Below, piece by piece: positions 1 through 10,476 of a DNA stretch of 64,000 nt. The notes beneath the pieces were generated by a model. The model saw only the letters and a list, made by a program, of their open reading frames with translations. It did no database searches and had not been told where the DNA came from. The translations under genes were made by a program, and so were the position numbers. The stretch lies in contig DASRZZ010000077.1 in NCBI GenBank assembly GCA_035685925.1, positions 12,061-76,060 on the forward strand, written 5' to 3'. This DNA is from Syntrophales bacterium (GTDB lineage Bacteria; Desulfobacterota; Syntrophia; Syntrophales; UBA2185). Position 1 is the stretch's first letter. Each line of letters opens with the position of its first letter.

Positions 1-931
1 CCGGATGATCGGAAACCGCGGTACCTAAGAGACCAATCTTCTTTTGCTTGCTGATTCCGCGGATAAAAGACGGTTCGAGAGTCTTCAGGCTTCTGAATCT
101 TCCAGGCCTGTAAAGGAATCCTGCCGCGCAGAAGCGGCATCCGCGCCGGCATCCGCGGCTTACTTCGGTTAAAAATAGTTCCTTTAATTCGTTGGAGGGA
201 CCGCTGATGCATTGATCGGTTGTGAAGGCGTTGATGTCGGAAACATGTCTTGTCTTTATTTTTACAGGAAAAGAGGCATTCACGGGTCGCATATCTTCTA
301 TTAGATTGTCTGTCCTGTAATATACTTTGTAGTATTTTGGAACATAAGCCCCTTCGACGTCTCTCTGTGTGCGAAAGAGTAGCTCGTTTCGGTTGTGACC
401 CAGGCGACAGGAATCTTCAAAGACATGGAGAAATTCAGGTAGCAGCTCTTCCGCCTCTCCCAGGAGAAATAGGTCGAAAAAATCCGCCAGCGGTTCAGGA
501 TTCAAGGTTACTGAGACACCGCCGCCAATAATTAAAGGCTCTGTTTCTTTTCTTTGTCCAGTTGAGAGCGCGATTCCCGCCATGCTTAGCATTTTCAGTA
601 CGCCGGGATAATCATTTTCGAAGGGGATCGAGAAGGCAATGATATCGAATTCAGGAAGAGCCTTCTGTGACTCCAGGCTGAACAGGGGTATTGATGAAGA
701 AATGAACGCTGTTTCGTCCTCAGGGTCAGGGAGAAAGACTCTTTCACAGAGAAATGATTCTTCACGGTTTATCAAAGAATAGACGGTCTGGAATCCAAGG
801 TTGGGCATTCCCGTCCGATAGTAATTCGGGTAGGCTAGGCAAACTTTGAGGATCCCTCCCCAGATCTTCTTCTGATATCCTTCCTCCTTGGCTAAGACAT
901 CATTACATTTTTTTTTGAGTTTCCAGGACAT
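1..931 (-). CDS. Radical SAM protein (TIGR03960/YgiQ-like), 3' end beyond the window edge
   Basis: Hand translation from ATG 931: MSWKLKKK...LAYPNYYRTGMPNLGFQTVY...EVSRGCRRGCRFCAAG (CxxxCxxC). Open to the window edge and absent from the ORF track. Confidence 0.85.
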   Translation of the reverse strand, partial: MSWKLKKKCNDVLAKEEGYQKKIWGGILKVCLAYPNYYRTGMPNLGFQTVYSLINREESFLCERVFLPDPEDETAFISSSIPLFSLESQKALPEFDIIAFSIPFENDYPGVLKMLSMAGIALSTGQRKETEPLIIGGGVSVTLNPEPLADFFDLFLLGEAEELLPEFLHVFEDSCRLGHNRNELLFRTQRDVEGAYVPKYYKVYYRTDNLIEDMRPVNASFPVKIKTRHVSDINAFTTDQCISGPSNELKELFLTEVSRGCRRGCRFCAAGFLYRPGRFRSLKTLEPSFIRGISKQKKIGLLGTAVSDHP

Positions 932-1048
932 AAAATCCAAAATCCTAATTTCTAAATCCTAAACAAATTCAAATATCGAAATTCTAAACGGGTTGGTCAT
1001 TCAGATTTTGATACTGTTTAGATTTTCGGATTTAGAATTTCGTATTTG
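932..1048. repeat. Imperfect inverted repeat built from degenerate 7-bp units
   Basis: Left arm aaaatcc-aaaatcc-taatttc-taaatcc-taaacaa. Right arm reverse complement aaatac-gaaattc-taaatcc-gaaaatc-taaacag. Confidence 0.7.
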
Positions 1049-1118
1049 CCCCTCACCAAAATGACAGAGCGAACCAATTCTTTAGGATTTTGCATTTACA
1101 GCTTGAAATTTTTCTTCT

Positions 1119-2270
1119 CTAATCTGCCTGTCTTCTTAAAAATGTAGGTATCTCAAGATCGACATGGTCGATGTCGTCCACCATTCCCATCTTCACGACA
1201 TTGACATTATCAATGGGCTTTTCATGCCTTAAATAGGCGGGCATAGAGAGATCCTCCCGCTTGTGAGCGCCCATACGTGAAATATTCTTTATGACCTGAT
1301 TGTCCTTCTGCGGTTCGTTAAAACCGGTTGCTATGACAGTGATGCGTATTTCGTCTGCCATATTTTCATCCACGACAGTACCGAAGATGATATTGGCATC
1401 CTCGTGGGCTTCCGACTGGATCAGAGACGATGCCTCATTGATTTCAAAGAGGGTCATATCGGGGCCGCCAGTTATATTCAACAGGATACCGTGTGCACCC
1501 TGGATGGTATTGTCTTCGAGAAGCGGGGAGGATATCGCCCTCTGCGCGGCTTCTATGGCCCTACAATCACCGCCTGCAACGCCGGTTCCCATCAGCGCCA
1601 TCCCCATCTCAGACATTATACTCTTGACGTCGGCAAAGTCGAGGTTGATCAGACCGGGCACCATTATCAAGTCGGAAATTCCCTTTACAGCATGATAAAG
1701 AATATCGTCGGCCTTCTTGAATGCATCGAGAAGCGAAAGTGTTTTCCCACCCAGCCCGAGGAGTCTCTGATTGGGAACAACAATGAGGGTGTCCACGATA
1801 TTTCTCAGCTCCGCAATGCCGTCTTCCGCCTGTTGATTCCTTTTCTTTCCTTCAAAGAGAAACGGTTTTGTGACGACAGCAACAGTCAGCATTCCCAGTT
1901 CCTTGGAAATTTCCGCAACAATGGGTGCGCCTCCGGTGCCGGTACCGCCACCGAGGCCCGCGGTGATGAAGACCATGTCCGCCCCTTCGATGCATTTCCC
2001 CAACGAATCTTTCGTCTCAATGGCTGCTCTTCTTCCCACGTCAGGATTTGAACCAGCTCCGAGTCCTTTAGTAATTTCAGCGCCCATCTGAACCTTGACA
2101 GGGGAAATGCATGCTCCCAGGGCCTGAGCGTCCGTATTTGCCGCGATGAAATCGACACCTTTGAGGGTGTATGAAATCATCGTATTTACGGCATTGCCCC
2201 CCGCTCCACCTATGCCGATTACCTTGATCTTTGCCGAGTTCCTGTTATTTGGTTCTATCAATTGAAACAT
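1119..2270 (-). CDS. ftsZ: Cell division protein FtsZ
   Basis: GGGTGTG tubulin signature, INLDFADV, C-terminal LEIPTFLRRQAD. Confidence 0.99.
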   Translation of the reverse strand: MFQLIEPNNRNSAKIKVIGIGGAGGNAVNTMISYTLKGVDFIAANTDAQALGACISPVKVQMGAEITKGLGAGSNPDVGRRAAIETKDSLGKCIEGADMVFITAGLGGGTGTGGAPIVAEISKELGMLTVAVVTKPFLFEGKKRNQQAEDGIAELRNIVDTLIVVPNQRLLGLGGKTLSLLDAFKKADDILYHAVKGISDLIMVPGLINLDFADVKSIMSEMGMALMGTGVAGGDCRAIEAAQRAISSPLLEDNTIQGAHGILLNITGGPDMTLFEINEASSLIQSEAHEDANIIFGTVVDENMADEIRITVIATGFNEPQKDNQVIKNISRMGAHKREDLSMPAYLRHEKPIDNVNVVKMGMVDDIDHVDLEIPTFLRRQAD

Positions 2271-2285
2271 AATCCTCCCTCCCCT

Positions 2286-3512
2286 CTAAAAAAAATCTAA
2301 GAACCATTTTTTCATGTTAGTTACAGTTTTGCCGAATATCTTTGTTTCGAACTTTCTCAGGGTGTCCTTCGATATGGATTTACTTCCATAAATAACGAGC
2401 CCGACTCCTGTTGCATACATAGGTGAGTTTACCACGTCTGTCAGTCCTCCCACGCCTATTGGACAGCCGCACCTGACGGGCATATTAAATACATGCTCGG
2501 CCAACTGCGTAATGCCCTCCATGATGGCGGTGCCTCCAGTTATAACAACGCCCGCGGCAAGTATGTCTTCGTAGCCGGATCTGATAATTTCCTTGTAAGC
2601 AAGACTCAGGATTTCCTCTGTCCGTGGTTCGATAATCCTGCCGAGAATTTCACGGGTCACTTCTCTTGGCTCTCGGCCGCCCACACTTGGGACCTCTATG
2701 ATTTCGTCTTTTGGTATCATGGCTGTAAAGGAGCAACCGTATTTCAGCTTAATCTTTTCTGCTTCCGCAAGGGGCGTCCGTAACCCGGTTGCTATATCGC
2801 TGGTGATGTAATTGCCACCAACGGGAAGTACAGCCGTGTGCTTTATGCTGCCGTCGGAGAAAACGGCGATGTCCGTCGTACCTCCACCGATATCTAGCAC
2901 GACCACCCCGAGGTCTTTTTCGTCGGGACTGAGAACTGCTTCACTTGATGCCAGCTGTTCGAGCACCACGTCGTCTATTTCCAATCCAACGCGGTTAACC
3001 GATTTCACTATGTTCTGCACGGATGTGACGGAACCTGTCACTATGTGAACCTTGGCCTCGAGGCGCACGCCGGACATGCCGACGGGGTCCCTGATGCCGT
3101 TTTGGTCGTCAACTACAAAGTTTTGAGGCAGGGTGTGCAAGATTTCTCTGTCAAGTGGGATGGCAATGGCCTTGGATGCCTCAATTGCCCTCTCTACATC
3201 GTCTTCATCAACCTCTCGGCCTTTAACGGCCACGATGCCGATGCTGTTCTGCCCTTTTATATGTCCGCCGGCAATACCCACGAGAACGGAACTTATTTCG
3301 CAGTCGGACGTATGCTCAGCCTCTTCAACGGCCTTTCCGATGGCATCAACTGTACTGTCAATGTTGACGACGACGCCTTTTCTCATGCCCTCGGATGGAT
3401 GAGAGCCTATGCCCAAGATGTTTATACCGGTATCGGTAACTTCAGCCACAATGGCACAGGTTTTAGTGGTGCCTAAATCTAGGCCGACAATTACATGTCC
3501 TTTCTTGGCCAT
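2286..3512 (-). CDS. ftsA: Cell division protein FtsA
   Basis: GLDLGTTKT and LDIGGGTTD actin-fold motifs. Start moved to ATG 3512 (MAKKGHV) after GGAG. Confidence 0.98.
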   Translation of the reverse strand: MAKKGHVIVGLDLGTTKTCAIVAEVTDTGINILGIGSHPSEGMRKGVVVNIDSTVDAIGKAVEEAEHTSDCEISSVLVGIAGGHIKGQNSIGIVAVKGREVDEDDVERAIEASKAIAIPLDREILHTLPQNFVVDDQNGIRDPVGMSGVRLEAKVHIVTGSVTSVQNIVKSVNRVGLEIDDVVLEQLASSEAVLSPDEKDLGVVVLDIGGGTTDIAVFSDGSIKHTAVLPVGGNYITSDIATGLRTPLAEAEKIKLKYGCSFTAMIPKDEIIEVPSVGGREPREVTREILGRIIEPRTEEILSLAYKEIIRSGYEDILAAGVVITGGTAIMEGITQLAEHVFNMPVRCGCPIGVGGLTDVVNSPMYATGVGLVIYGSKSISKDTLRKFETKIFGKTVTNMKKWFLDFF

Positions 3513-3609
3513 CCTTGCTCCGCCTTTCTGCATCTTTGCTGGGCCGTAACTGTTAAATAAATTAGTGATGAATTCCGCTTATTGCCCGCGGCCGGGCAAC
3601 AGCTGCCTC

Positions 3610-4452
3610 CTATGTCCTGTATCCCTTCTTTGACCCTATGGGAATAGTGCGGCTTAGCATATCCTTTTTCTGTACGGTGATTTTAGCCGGATCGTTGAGG
3701 TCGATCAGTAGAAATCCTAATTTCATGTTTCGCCTTTCCAGGTCAGCCATGACAGTGTTCAGTCGCTTTAATTTATTTTCGTAACTGTCAAAACCAAGCC
3801 TGAGGCACAAGCCGCTGTCAGTAAAAAGAGAAAGTCCGAACACATCGTGGCCATGAATTTCCGCAACATTCCTTATTGTGGGGAACTCATTGGAAGCTGA
3901 CAAGTACCTCAAGAGTTCAAGGGATTTTGTGAAAATCACAGAATCTTTATCATCAGAATAACATCCATTAAGCACTGGAATATCGACCTCGTCGTTTTTC
4001 TCAAGCTTCTTAAAGATGACGCCATCGCTATCCATCAGGCTAAAGCCGTTGCCTCGTTTAACCGACGCTATCGCGGTTCTTTCCTGGATATCAATAACCA
4101 ACCGGTTGGGAAATTCTCTTCCTACGGAAACTCTCTTCACCCATGGGTTTGATTCAATCCTGCGGGTGATCGTGCCGAGATTGATAGCCAGGAGATTCTG
4201 CGATGGCTTGATTGCGGCACTTGACAGGATTTCTTTTTCCGTGAGCTCCTTGCAGCCATGGACAATGATCTCTTTGATCTGAAAAAAAGGAGAACTTATG
4301 GCAAAGTTATATCCGTAGATTATGGCGGCACCGACTATCGAAATGGCAACCAACAGAAAGGCCGTCCTCAACAATTCGTCAAGAATGTGTTTTGATCGTC
4401 TTTTCAGTCTGTATTTTTTGGCTTCCAGCCTTGATTTAACGGGATTTTTCAT
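3610..4452 (-). CDS. ftsQ: Cell division protein FtsQ/DivIB
   Basis: Single TM helix plus POTRA (PWVKRVSVGREFPNRLVIDIQER), in its dcw position before ftsA. Confidence 0.93.
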   Translation of the reverse strand: MKNPVKSRLEAKKYRLKRRSKHILDELLRTAFLLVAISIVGAAIIYGYNFAISSPFFQIKEIIVHGCKELTEKEILSSAAIKPSQNLLAINLGTITRRIESNPWVKRVSVGREFPNRLVIDIQERTAIASVKRGNGFSLMDSDGVIFKKLEKNDEVDIPVLNGCYSDDKDSVIFTKSLELLRYLSASNEFPTIRNVAEIHGHDVFGLSLFTDSGLCLRLGFDSYENKLKRLNTVMADLERRNMKLGFLLIDLNDPAKITVQKKDMLSRTIPIGSKKGYRT

Positions 4453-5378
4453 CCATCTTCCCCGATGATCTTCACCTCTGTCTGCAACTTGATACCGCGC
4501 TCCTCGTTGACCTTGGTTGTGATCACGTCAATCAGAGCGATGATGTCACGCGCTTTTGCGTTTCCTAGGTTCACAATGAAGTTTCCATGCTTTTCTGATA
4601 TTTTTGCATTGCCTATCTGCATGCCTTTAAGCCCTAATTCGTCAATTATCTGTCCTGCAGGGGCGCCTCCATTGGGATTCTTGAATATGGAGCCTGCATT
4701 ACGATATTCAAGAGGGTGCTTATTTTTTCGTTTTTCGAGGATCTCACTAACGCGGGCATGGATCTGTTTCCCAATCCCCCTTGTCAGGAGAAATGATCCG
4801 CCGATGATAATCGCGCCTTCCGAAATATCGAGATTCCTGTATCCAAATTTGAGGTCATCCTTCTTGGATGACAGGATCTCTCCGCTGATAATCATCAATT
4901 CCACGGTTTCAACGACATCCTTGATCTCGCTGCCGTAGGCGCCGGCATTCATTTTTACTGCCCCTCCTATACTTCCGGGTATACCGGCACAGAACTCCAT
5001 ACCTGAAAGAGATCTCTTTTCAGACAGTAAAACTATTTCGGAGAGGGCAACACCTGCGCCCGCATGGATAAGCACCTGCGAACCACCTCTTTCTGTCAAA
5101 CGGACAGCATTTAGACCTTGCATCGAGATTACAGCACCTCGATAACCGCCGTCCTTCACGATCAGATTCGTTCCGTTGCCGACAGGAATAAACGGTATCC
5201 GAGAATACCATAAGAAATGGACGATCCTGCTCAGTTCTTCACCACGCTCCGGCCAAAGTACTGCATCGGCAATCCCGCCGACACCGATCGAAGTATGACG
5301 GGACATGGGCTCATCGAACAGGAGTTTGCCGGAAACCATGTCCCTCAGCTTTTGGCGGATTGCCGTGTCCTTCAGCAT
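4449..5378 (-). CDS. murB: UDP-N-acetylmuramate dehydrogenase
   Basis: GIPGSIGGAVKMNAGAYG, GSIFKNP, KHGNFIVN. Confidence 0.97.
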   Translation of the reverse strand: MLKDTAIRQKLRDMVSGKLLFDEPMSRHTSIGVGGIADAVLWPERGEELSRIVHFLWYSRIPFIPVGNGTNLIVKDGGYRGAVISMQGLNAVRLTERGGSQVLIHAGAGVALSEIVLLSEKRSLSGMEFCAGIPGSIGGAVKMNAGAYGSEIKDVVETVELMIISGEILSSKKDDLKFGYRNLDISEGAIIIGGSFLLTRGIGKQIHARVSEILEKRKNKHPLEYRNAGSIFKNPNGGAPAGQIIDELGLKGMQIGNAKISEKHGNFIVNLGNAKARDIIALIDVITTKVNEERGIKLQTEVKIIGEDG

Positions 5379-5403
5379 AATGTCTTTCCCGGGTAGGTCA
5401 TTT

Positions 5404-6798
5404 CTAAGAGACCTTCTTTAAGTATTCCTCGCCGATCTTCCAAACATTTCCGGCTCCCTGCGTGATTATGACGTCTGAAGGTTTTGCAATAGAAAGCAGA
5501 TGTTTCACGATGTCGTCAAAGTCGCGCATGTAGACCACGTCCGGATGACCGTGGCTGCGGAGGCCTTCACAGAGGTTCGCTGCATTCACGCCCTCTATGG
5601 GGATCTCGCTTGCCGCATAGATATCTGTCACAATGAGGGTGTCTGCGTCCGGGAAGGCCGCCAGAAACTCATTGAAAAGAGCCCTCGTCCTCGTATAACG
5701 ATGAGGCTGGAAAACTACAATGATTTTATTCTTCCATACCTGCTTTGCAGCCCTTAAGGTCTCCCTGATTTCCGTCGGGTGGTGGCCGTAATCATCGACG
5801 ACGGTGATCCCGTTTACCTTTCCTTTGACTTCAAGCCGGCGCTGGACACCCGTAAAAGTTTTCAGTCCTTCCTTGATGGCTCCGTAGTCCATATCCAGCT
5901 CGCGGGCCACTGCAATGGCAGCCAGGGAATTATAAACATTGAAAAGGCCGGGAACCGGGAGGTTCACTGTTCCGTAAGTGCCTTCTTTGTAGCGGAGGGT
6001 GTAGGTGGAAGAGGACCCGGAAAATGATATGGAGCTTGCCCGGAAGTCAGCAGGAGGCGCAAGTCCATAGGTCACGGTCTTTCTCTTTATTTTGGGAAGG
6101 ATGTCCTTTGCGTTGTCATCGTCCATGCAGAGGATCGTGGAGCCATAGAAGGGAACGATGTTGGCGAACTGCAGGAAGGCATCTTTGATGTCTTCAATGT
6201 CTCTATAGTGATCGAGATGTTCTAGGTCGATGTTAGTTATCACAGCCAAAGACGGGGCAAGTTTCAGGAAGGATCCGTCACTTTCATCGGCTTCAGCTAC
6301 GATAACCTCCCCATCCCCCAGCTTTGCGTTACTGTCGATGCTGGCCAGTTTGCCCCCGATCACCATCGTGGGATCAAGACCCCCGGATGCAAGGACTGTC
6401 GCGACCATTGATGTCGTTGTTGTTTTTCCGTGGCTTCCCGATACGGCAATGGAAAACTTCATCTTGAGCAGTTCTGCGAGCATCTCGGCACGAGGTATGA
6501 CGGGAATATTTCTTCTGTGTGCTTCCAGGACCTCCGGATTATCGGGCTTAACGGCCGTTGAGGTAACGACAACGTCCGCCTCTCCAAGCTGAGAGGTATC
6601 ATGACCTATGCTAATTTTGGCACCCAGGGACGCCAGTTTGTTCGTTAGATCCGTTTGGCTGAGATCCGATCCGCTGACTGCGTAACCCAAGTTGAGGAGT
6701 ACTTCGGCGATACCACTCATGCCGATGCCGCCTATGCCAACAAAGTGAATGCGCTTCACTTTTCTGCGCATGGTGTCTGTTCTGTTGCCGTTATTCAT
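5404..6798 (-). CDS. murC: UDP-N-acetylmuramate--L-alanine ligase
   Basis: IHFVGIGGIGMSG, GSHGKTTTT, EADESDGSF, DDYGHHPTE. Confidence 0.98.
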   Translation of the reverse strand: MNNGNRTDTMRRKVKRIHFVGIGGIGMSGIAEVLLNLGYAVSGSDLSQTDLTNKLASLGAKISIGHDTSQLGEADVVVTSTAVKPDNPEVLEAHRRNIPVIPRAEMLAELLKMKFSIAVSGSHGKTTTTSMVATVLASGGLDPTMVIGGKLASIDSNAKLGDGEVIVAEADESDGSFLKLAPSLAVITNIDLEHLDHYRDIEDIKDAFLQFANIVPFYGSTILCMDDDNAKDILPKIKRKTVTYGLAPPADFRASSISFSGSSSTYTLRYKEGTYGTVNLPVPGLFNVYNSLAAIAVARELDMDYGAIKEGLKTFTGVQRRLEVKGKVNGITVVDDYGHHPTEIRETLRAAKQVWKNKIIVVFQPHRYTRTRALFNEFLAAFPDADTLIVTDIYAASEIPIEGVNAANLCEGLRSHGHPDVVYMRDFDDIVKHLLSIAKPSDVIITQGAGNVWKIGEEYLKKVS

Positions 6799-6904
6799 TA
6801 ATTGTCCGCTAGCCTGCTTGATCAGGCCGAAACGTAGATTTTTTACTGTATATTGTATATTCTTCGTTTCTATATACTATATCTTGTACTAAATCTACAA
6901 AAAT

Positions 6905-7993
6905 TTACAAATTTTTTAAATTTACCAGCCCCATGCAAGTATCTACGATATCGGCTGCCGCCCTGACGTTACCGAGGCTGGCCGATCTGGCTTCCATCTC
7001 CCTTATCAGGTCGGGATTGTAATAAAATTTTAGGATGGTTTCAGCCAGTGTTTTGCCGGTGATGCCCTTTTCGCTTATCATCACGGCTGCCCCCGCCTTG
7101 ACCAATGCCTCAGCGTTCTTTGTCTGGTGATCATTTATGGCATGCGGAAAAGGTATCAATACAGATGCCTTTCCGCTGGCTGTGATCTCGGCGATAGATG
7201 TCGCACCAGCCCTGCAGATAAGTAGATCAGCGGATCTAAAAGCCTGGGCCATATCCATAATGAAAGGGAGGACCTCTGCATCCATCTTAAACGACTGGTA
7301 ATGACGCTCGATAGAAGCCATGTCCGCACTGCCCGTCTGGTGGATGACTCTCAGCTCGTCCTTGATATTCTCCAGGTGAGGAAGAGAATCAAGGGCTGCC
7401 AGATTTATGCTGTGGGCGCCCTGGCTTCCGCCAAAAATAAGAAGTGTGAACTTGCCGGCTCTTTTTTTCGCTTCCCCTATCCCTGTCAGGAAGGCGGCCC
7501 TTACAGGGTTTCCGTAGGCTATGGTCTTTCCTTCTGGAAACCATCTCTTTGTTTCGGGAAAGGTGATGAATATCCTGTCAGCAATTCTTCCGAGTATCCT
7601 ATTGGTGATGCCCGGGATGGCGTTCTGCTCGGCAATGGCTGTTTTGATACGCATGAGACGGGCAGTCATTACGGCGGGGCCGGAGGCATAGCCACCAACC
7701 CCGATGACGATGTCCGGGTGAAATGCCCTGATCAGCCTGTATGACTCGACTAAACTTTTAGGAATCTTCAGGATAGCGCCGAGAGCCTTTGCGATTCCCC
7801 TTCCTTTAATTCCTTCCACATCAAGGGCGCAGAGATTAAATCCCATGTTGCCAAGCACCCTCTTTTCCAGTCCCCGTTTTGTTCCAATGAAAAGAATACT
7901 GTTCGTTTGATCCCTTCTCAAAAATTCCTCTGCTATGGCGATTCCCGGGAAAAGGTGTCCTCCCGTTCCACCGCCAGCTATGATAACTTTCAT
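6905..7993 (-). CDS. murG: Lipid I GlcNAc transferase MurG
   Basis: GGGTGGHLFPG, GGSQGA, CRAGATS. Confidence 0.98.
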   Translation of the reverse strand: MKVIIAGGGTGGHLFPGIAIAEEFLRRDQTNSILFIGTKRGLEKRVLGNMGFNLCALDVEGIKGRGIAKALGAILKIPKSLVESYRLIRAFHPDIVIGVGGYASGPAVMTARLMRIKTAIAEQNAIPGITNRILGRIADRIFITFPETKRWFPEGKTIAYGNPVRAAFLTGIGEAKKRAGKFTLLIFGGSQGAHSINLAALDSLPHLENIKDELRVIHQTGSADMASIERHYQSFKMDAEVLPFIMDMAQAFRSADLLICRAGATSIAEITASGKASVLIPFPHAINDHQTKNAEALVKAGAAVMISEKGITGKTLAETILKFYYNPDLIREMEARSASLGNVRAAADIVDTCMGLVNLKNL

Positions 7994-8011
7994 ATCCGGT
8001 CCTTTATCTGT

Positions 8012-9109
8012 TCATCTTTGATAGGAGGAGATATTCAGCAGTATCCCTACCGTCGCCAGAGACATGATCAGTGACGTGCCGCCATAACTGACGAGTGGAA
8101 GTGCCAGTCCCTTGAGGGGGATCAAGCCCATGACACCGGCGATATTGATAAATGCTTCAAGGGCAATAACAAAGGTCAACCCAGCGGCAAGAAGGGTGCT
8201 GAAAAGGTCCGGTGCCCTGAAGGATATCAGAAGCCCCCTTACAATTAGGATGACGAAGAGGAATATGACAATCAGGACGCCGAGAAACCCACTTTCCTCG
8301 GCAATGATGGACAGGATAAAATCCGTATGCGGTTCGGGAAGATAAAAAAGTTTTTGCATCCCGTCTCCTATCCCTACGCCGAAGGCGCCCCCTGAGCCGA
8401 AGGAAAGAAGAGATTGGATGATTTGAAAGCCCGATCGCTGTGGGTCTCTCCAAGGATCAAGGAAGCTCATCAACCTTACCAACCGGTAGCTTTTGTGAAC
8501 AAGGAGCCAGATGACAACAGGGGCAAAAAGCGCCACTATACCTGCGAGATGAAGCATCCTGCATCCCGCAAGGTAGAACAACAGCATCATGATCAAGGTT
8601 ATGATGACCGCTGTACCAAAGTCTGGCTCCAGAAGGACTAGTCCCAACATGAATAGTGTGACAAACAGGGGCAGTAGGACGGCGCGTTTAAAATCTTTTA
8701 TCTGGCTGGTTTTTTTCGTTAGGAAATGTGCGAAAAAGAGAACCATGGATACCTTTACAATTTCCGTGACCTGAAAAGAAAAAAAGCCCAGCTTAAGCCA
8801 CCTGGTAGCGCCCCCGGCACGGATTCCGATACCGGGTATAAGGAGGAGGGACAGCAGGACCGCGGACAGAAGGACGCCGGGGTAGGCGAATTTTCTCAGT
8901 TGGTCGTAAGGAATCTTCGTCATCAGAACCATGATGCCTAAGCCGAGGAGCACAAAGAATATCTGCTTCTTCAGAAAATACTGCCCGTCGTTAAACTTCC
9001 TCATGGCAATTATCGAGCTTGAACTGTAGATCATTACAGTACCTATGGTGACCAGGATCAGTGTCACCAGGAGCAGGATAATATCCAAGGCCTTTTCCTG
9101 CGGCGGCAT
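8012..9109 (-). CDS. ftsW: SEDS peptidoglycan polymerase FtsW
   Basis: LPEPHTDFI, KGLALPLVSYGGTS, multiple TM helices. Start set at ATG 9109 to avoid a long overlap with murD. Confidence 0.95.
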   Translation of the reverse strand: MPPQEKALDIILLLVTLILVTIGTVMIYSSSSIIAMRKFNDGQYFLKKQIFFVLLGLGIMVLMTKIPYDQLRKFAYPGVLLSAVLLSLLLIPGIGIRAGGATRWLKLGFFSFQVTEIVKVSMVLFFAHFLTKKTSQIKDFKRAVLLPLFVTLFMLGLVLLEPDFGTAVIITLIMMLLFYLAGCRMLHLAGIVALFAPVVIWLLVHKSYRLVRLMSFLDPWRDPQRSGFQIIQSLLSFGSGGAFGVGIGDGMQKLFYLPEPHTDFILSIIAEESGFLGVLIVIFLFVILIVRGLLISFRAPDLFSTLLAAGLTFVIALEAFINIAGVMGLIPLKGLALPLVSYGGTSLIMSLATVGILLNISSYQR

Positions 9110-9119
9110 CTTGAGTGAT

Positions 9120-10466
9120 TTAGAGATTCTTGACCACATCTTTAAAAAACCTTCCCCGCTCTTTATAATTGGAGAACTCGTCAAAGCTCGCGCAACCGGG
9201 AGAGAGTAAGACAACATCCCCGGGAGAAGAATGTAGATAAGCCAGCTGGATCGCCTCTCTAAGTGTTGTGCATTTTGAGGTTTCGACGACACTGCCGATC
9301 AGGTCATATATCTTGTTTCTCGCCTCCCCGAAAAGAACCAGCTCTTTGACCCTTGATTTTATAAGGGGAGAAAGAGTTCCGAAATCGCCTTCTTTATCCC
9401 TTCCTCCCATCAGCAGAATGATGGGCTTAGAAAATGATTCAAGTGCACGCGCCACTGCCCCCACGTTAGTACCCTTTGAATCGTCATAAAATGCGACACC
9501 ATTTTTTTCTTCCGTGAATTCTATCCTGTGCGGCATGCCCTTGAAATCCGCGACGGCCCTAATGATGCTCCCAGGCGAACTGCCGCAGTACCTGCCGGCG
9601 ATTATGGCGGCCATCACGTTTTCTATGTTGTGAAGGCCCGGTATCTTTATCATGTCGAGAGGATACTCTTCGCAATCACCGTGAGCCGCATTATGAACAA
9701 TCGTTCTGCCCTTAAGGAAGATGCCCCTTGCCACCTCTGCTTTGCTGCTGAAAAACTGGACATTTGCGGCAATTTTTTTTGCCAGAATAAAGGACCTCGA
9801 TTCATCGGCATTCAGAATAGCAAGATCGGAGCTCCCCTGGTTCTCAAATATTCTTTCTTTGGCTTCCCGGTATGCCTCAAAGGAACCGTGATAATCGACA
9901 TGGTCGCAGGTTGTATTTAGAAGGATAGATACAAAGGGGTGGAAAGACTGAATCCACTGCAGCTGGAAACTGCTCACCTCAACGACGGCATAATCGTCGT
10001 CCTGTTTTCCGTCAACGTAGCTGATCAAAGGGTTTCCGATGTTTCCTCCCACAAAGACCCTTTTCCCATCCTTCGCCAGGATATGCCCTATCAGAGTGGT
10101 CGTGGTTGTCTTGCCGTTCGTGCCGGTGATTGCGATCAGCGGCGGCTTTAAGAACCTGTACGCGAGTTCGATTTCACTTATGACCGGTATCTTCCTCCTC
10201 TGCGCTTCGGAAAGAATAATATTGGAAGGCGGTACACCGGGGGAGGGCACTATCATATCTACTCGAGACAAGACGCCTATGTCGTACTTACAAAATTCCA
10301 GATTCATAGTCAGGCGGCCAAGTTCACGGAAGGCATCCAGCATCTCTGATTGGGGCTTCTCATCGGTCGCCGTTACTTTAGCGCCTTGCCCCATAAGAAA
10401 CCGAACTGAAGCGATTCCTGTCTTTCCCAGTCCTATGACCAATATCCTTTGCTCTTTAAGGTTCAT
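9120..10466 (-). CDS. murD: UDP-MurNAc-L-Ala--D-glutamate ligase
   Basis: ITGTNGKTTTT, EVSSFQL, DDSKGTN, LLSPGCASFD. Confidence 0.98.
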   Translation of the reverse strand: MNLKEQRILVIGLGKTGIASVRFLMGQGAKVTATDEKPQSEMLDAFRELGRLTMNLEFCKYDIGVLSRVDMIVPSPGVPPSNIILSEAQRRKIPVISEIELAYRFLKPPLIAITGTNGKTTTTTLIGHILAKDGKRVFVGGNIGNPLISYVDGKQDDDYAVVEVSSFQLQWIQSFHPFVSILLNTTCDHVDYHGSFEAYREAKERIFENQGSSDLAILNADESRSFILAKKIAANVQFFSSKAEVARGIFLKGRTIVHNAAHGDCEEYPLDMIKIPGLHNIENVMAAIIAGRYCGSSPGSIIRAVADFKGMPHRIEFTEEKNGVAFYDDSKGTNVGAVARALESFSKPIILLMGGRDKEGDFGTLSPLIKSRVKELVLFGEARNKIYDLIGSVVETSKCTTLREAIQLAYLHSSPGDVVLLSPGCASFDEFSNYKERGRFFKDVVKNL

Positions 10467-10476
10467 AATATTTGTC

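Noticed and set aside
1-320. Suspected frameshift in the radical SAM gene
   Set aside because: Re-translation shows a single continuous frame through the CxxxCxxC motif.
6835-6904. AT-rich spacer between murG and murC as a LexA-like operator
   Set aside because: No complete CTG-N10-CAG; at most a weak internal promoter.
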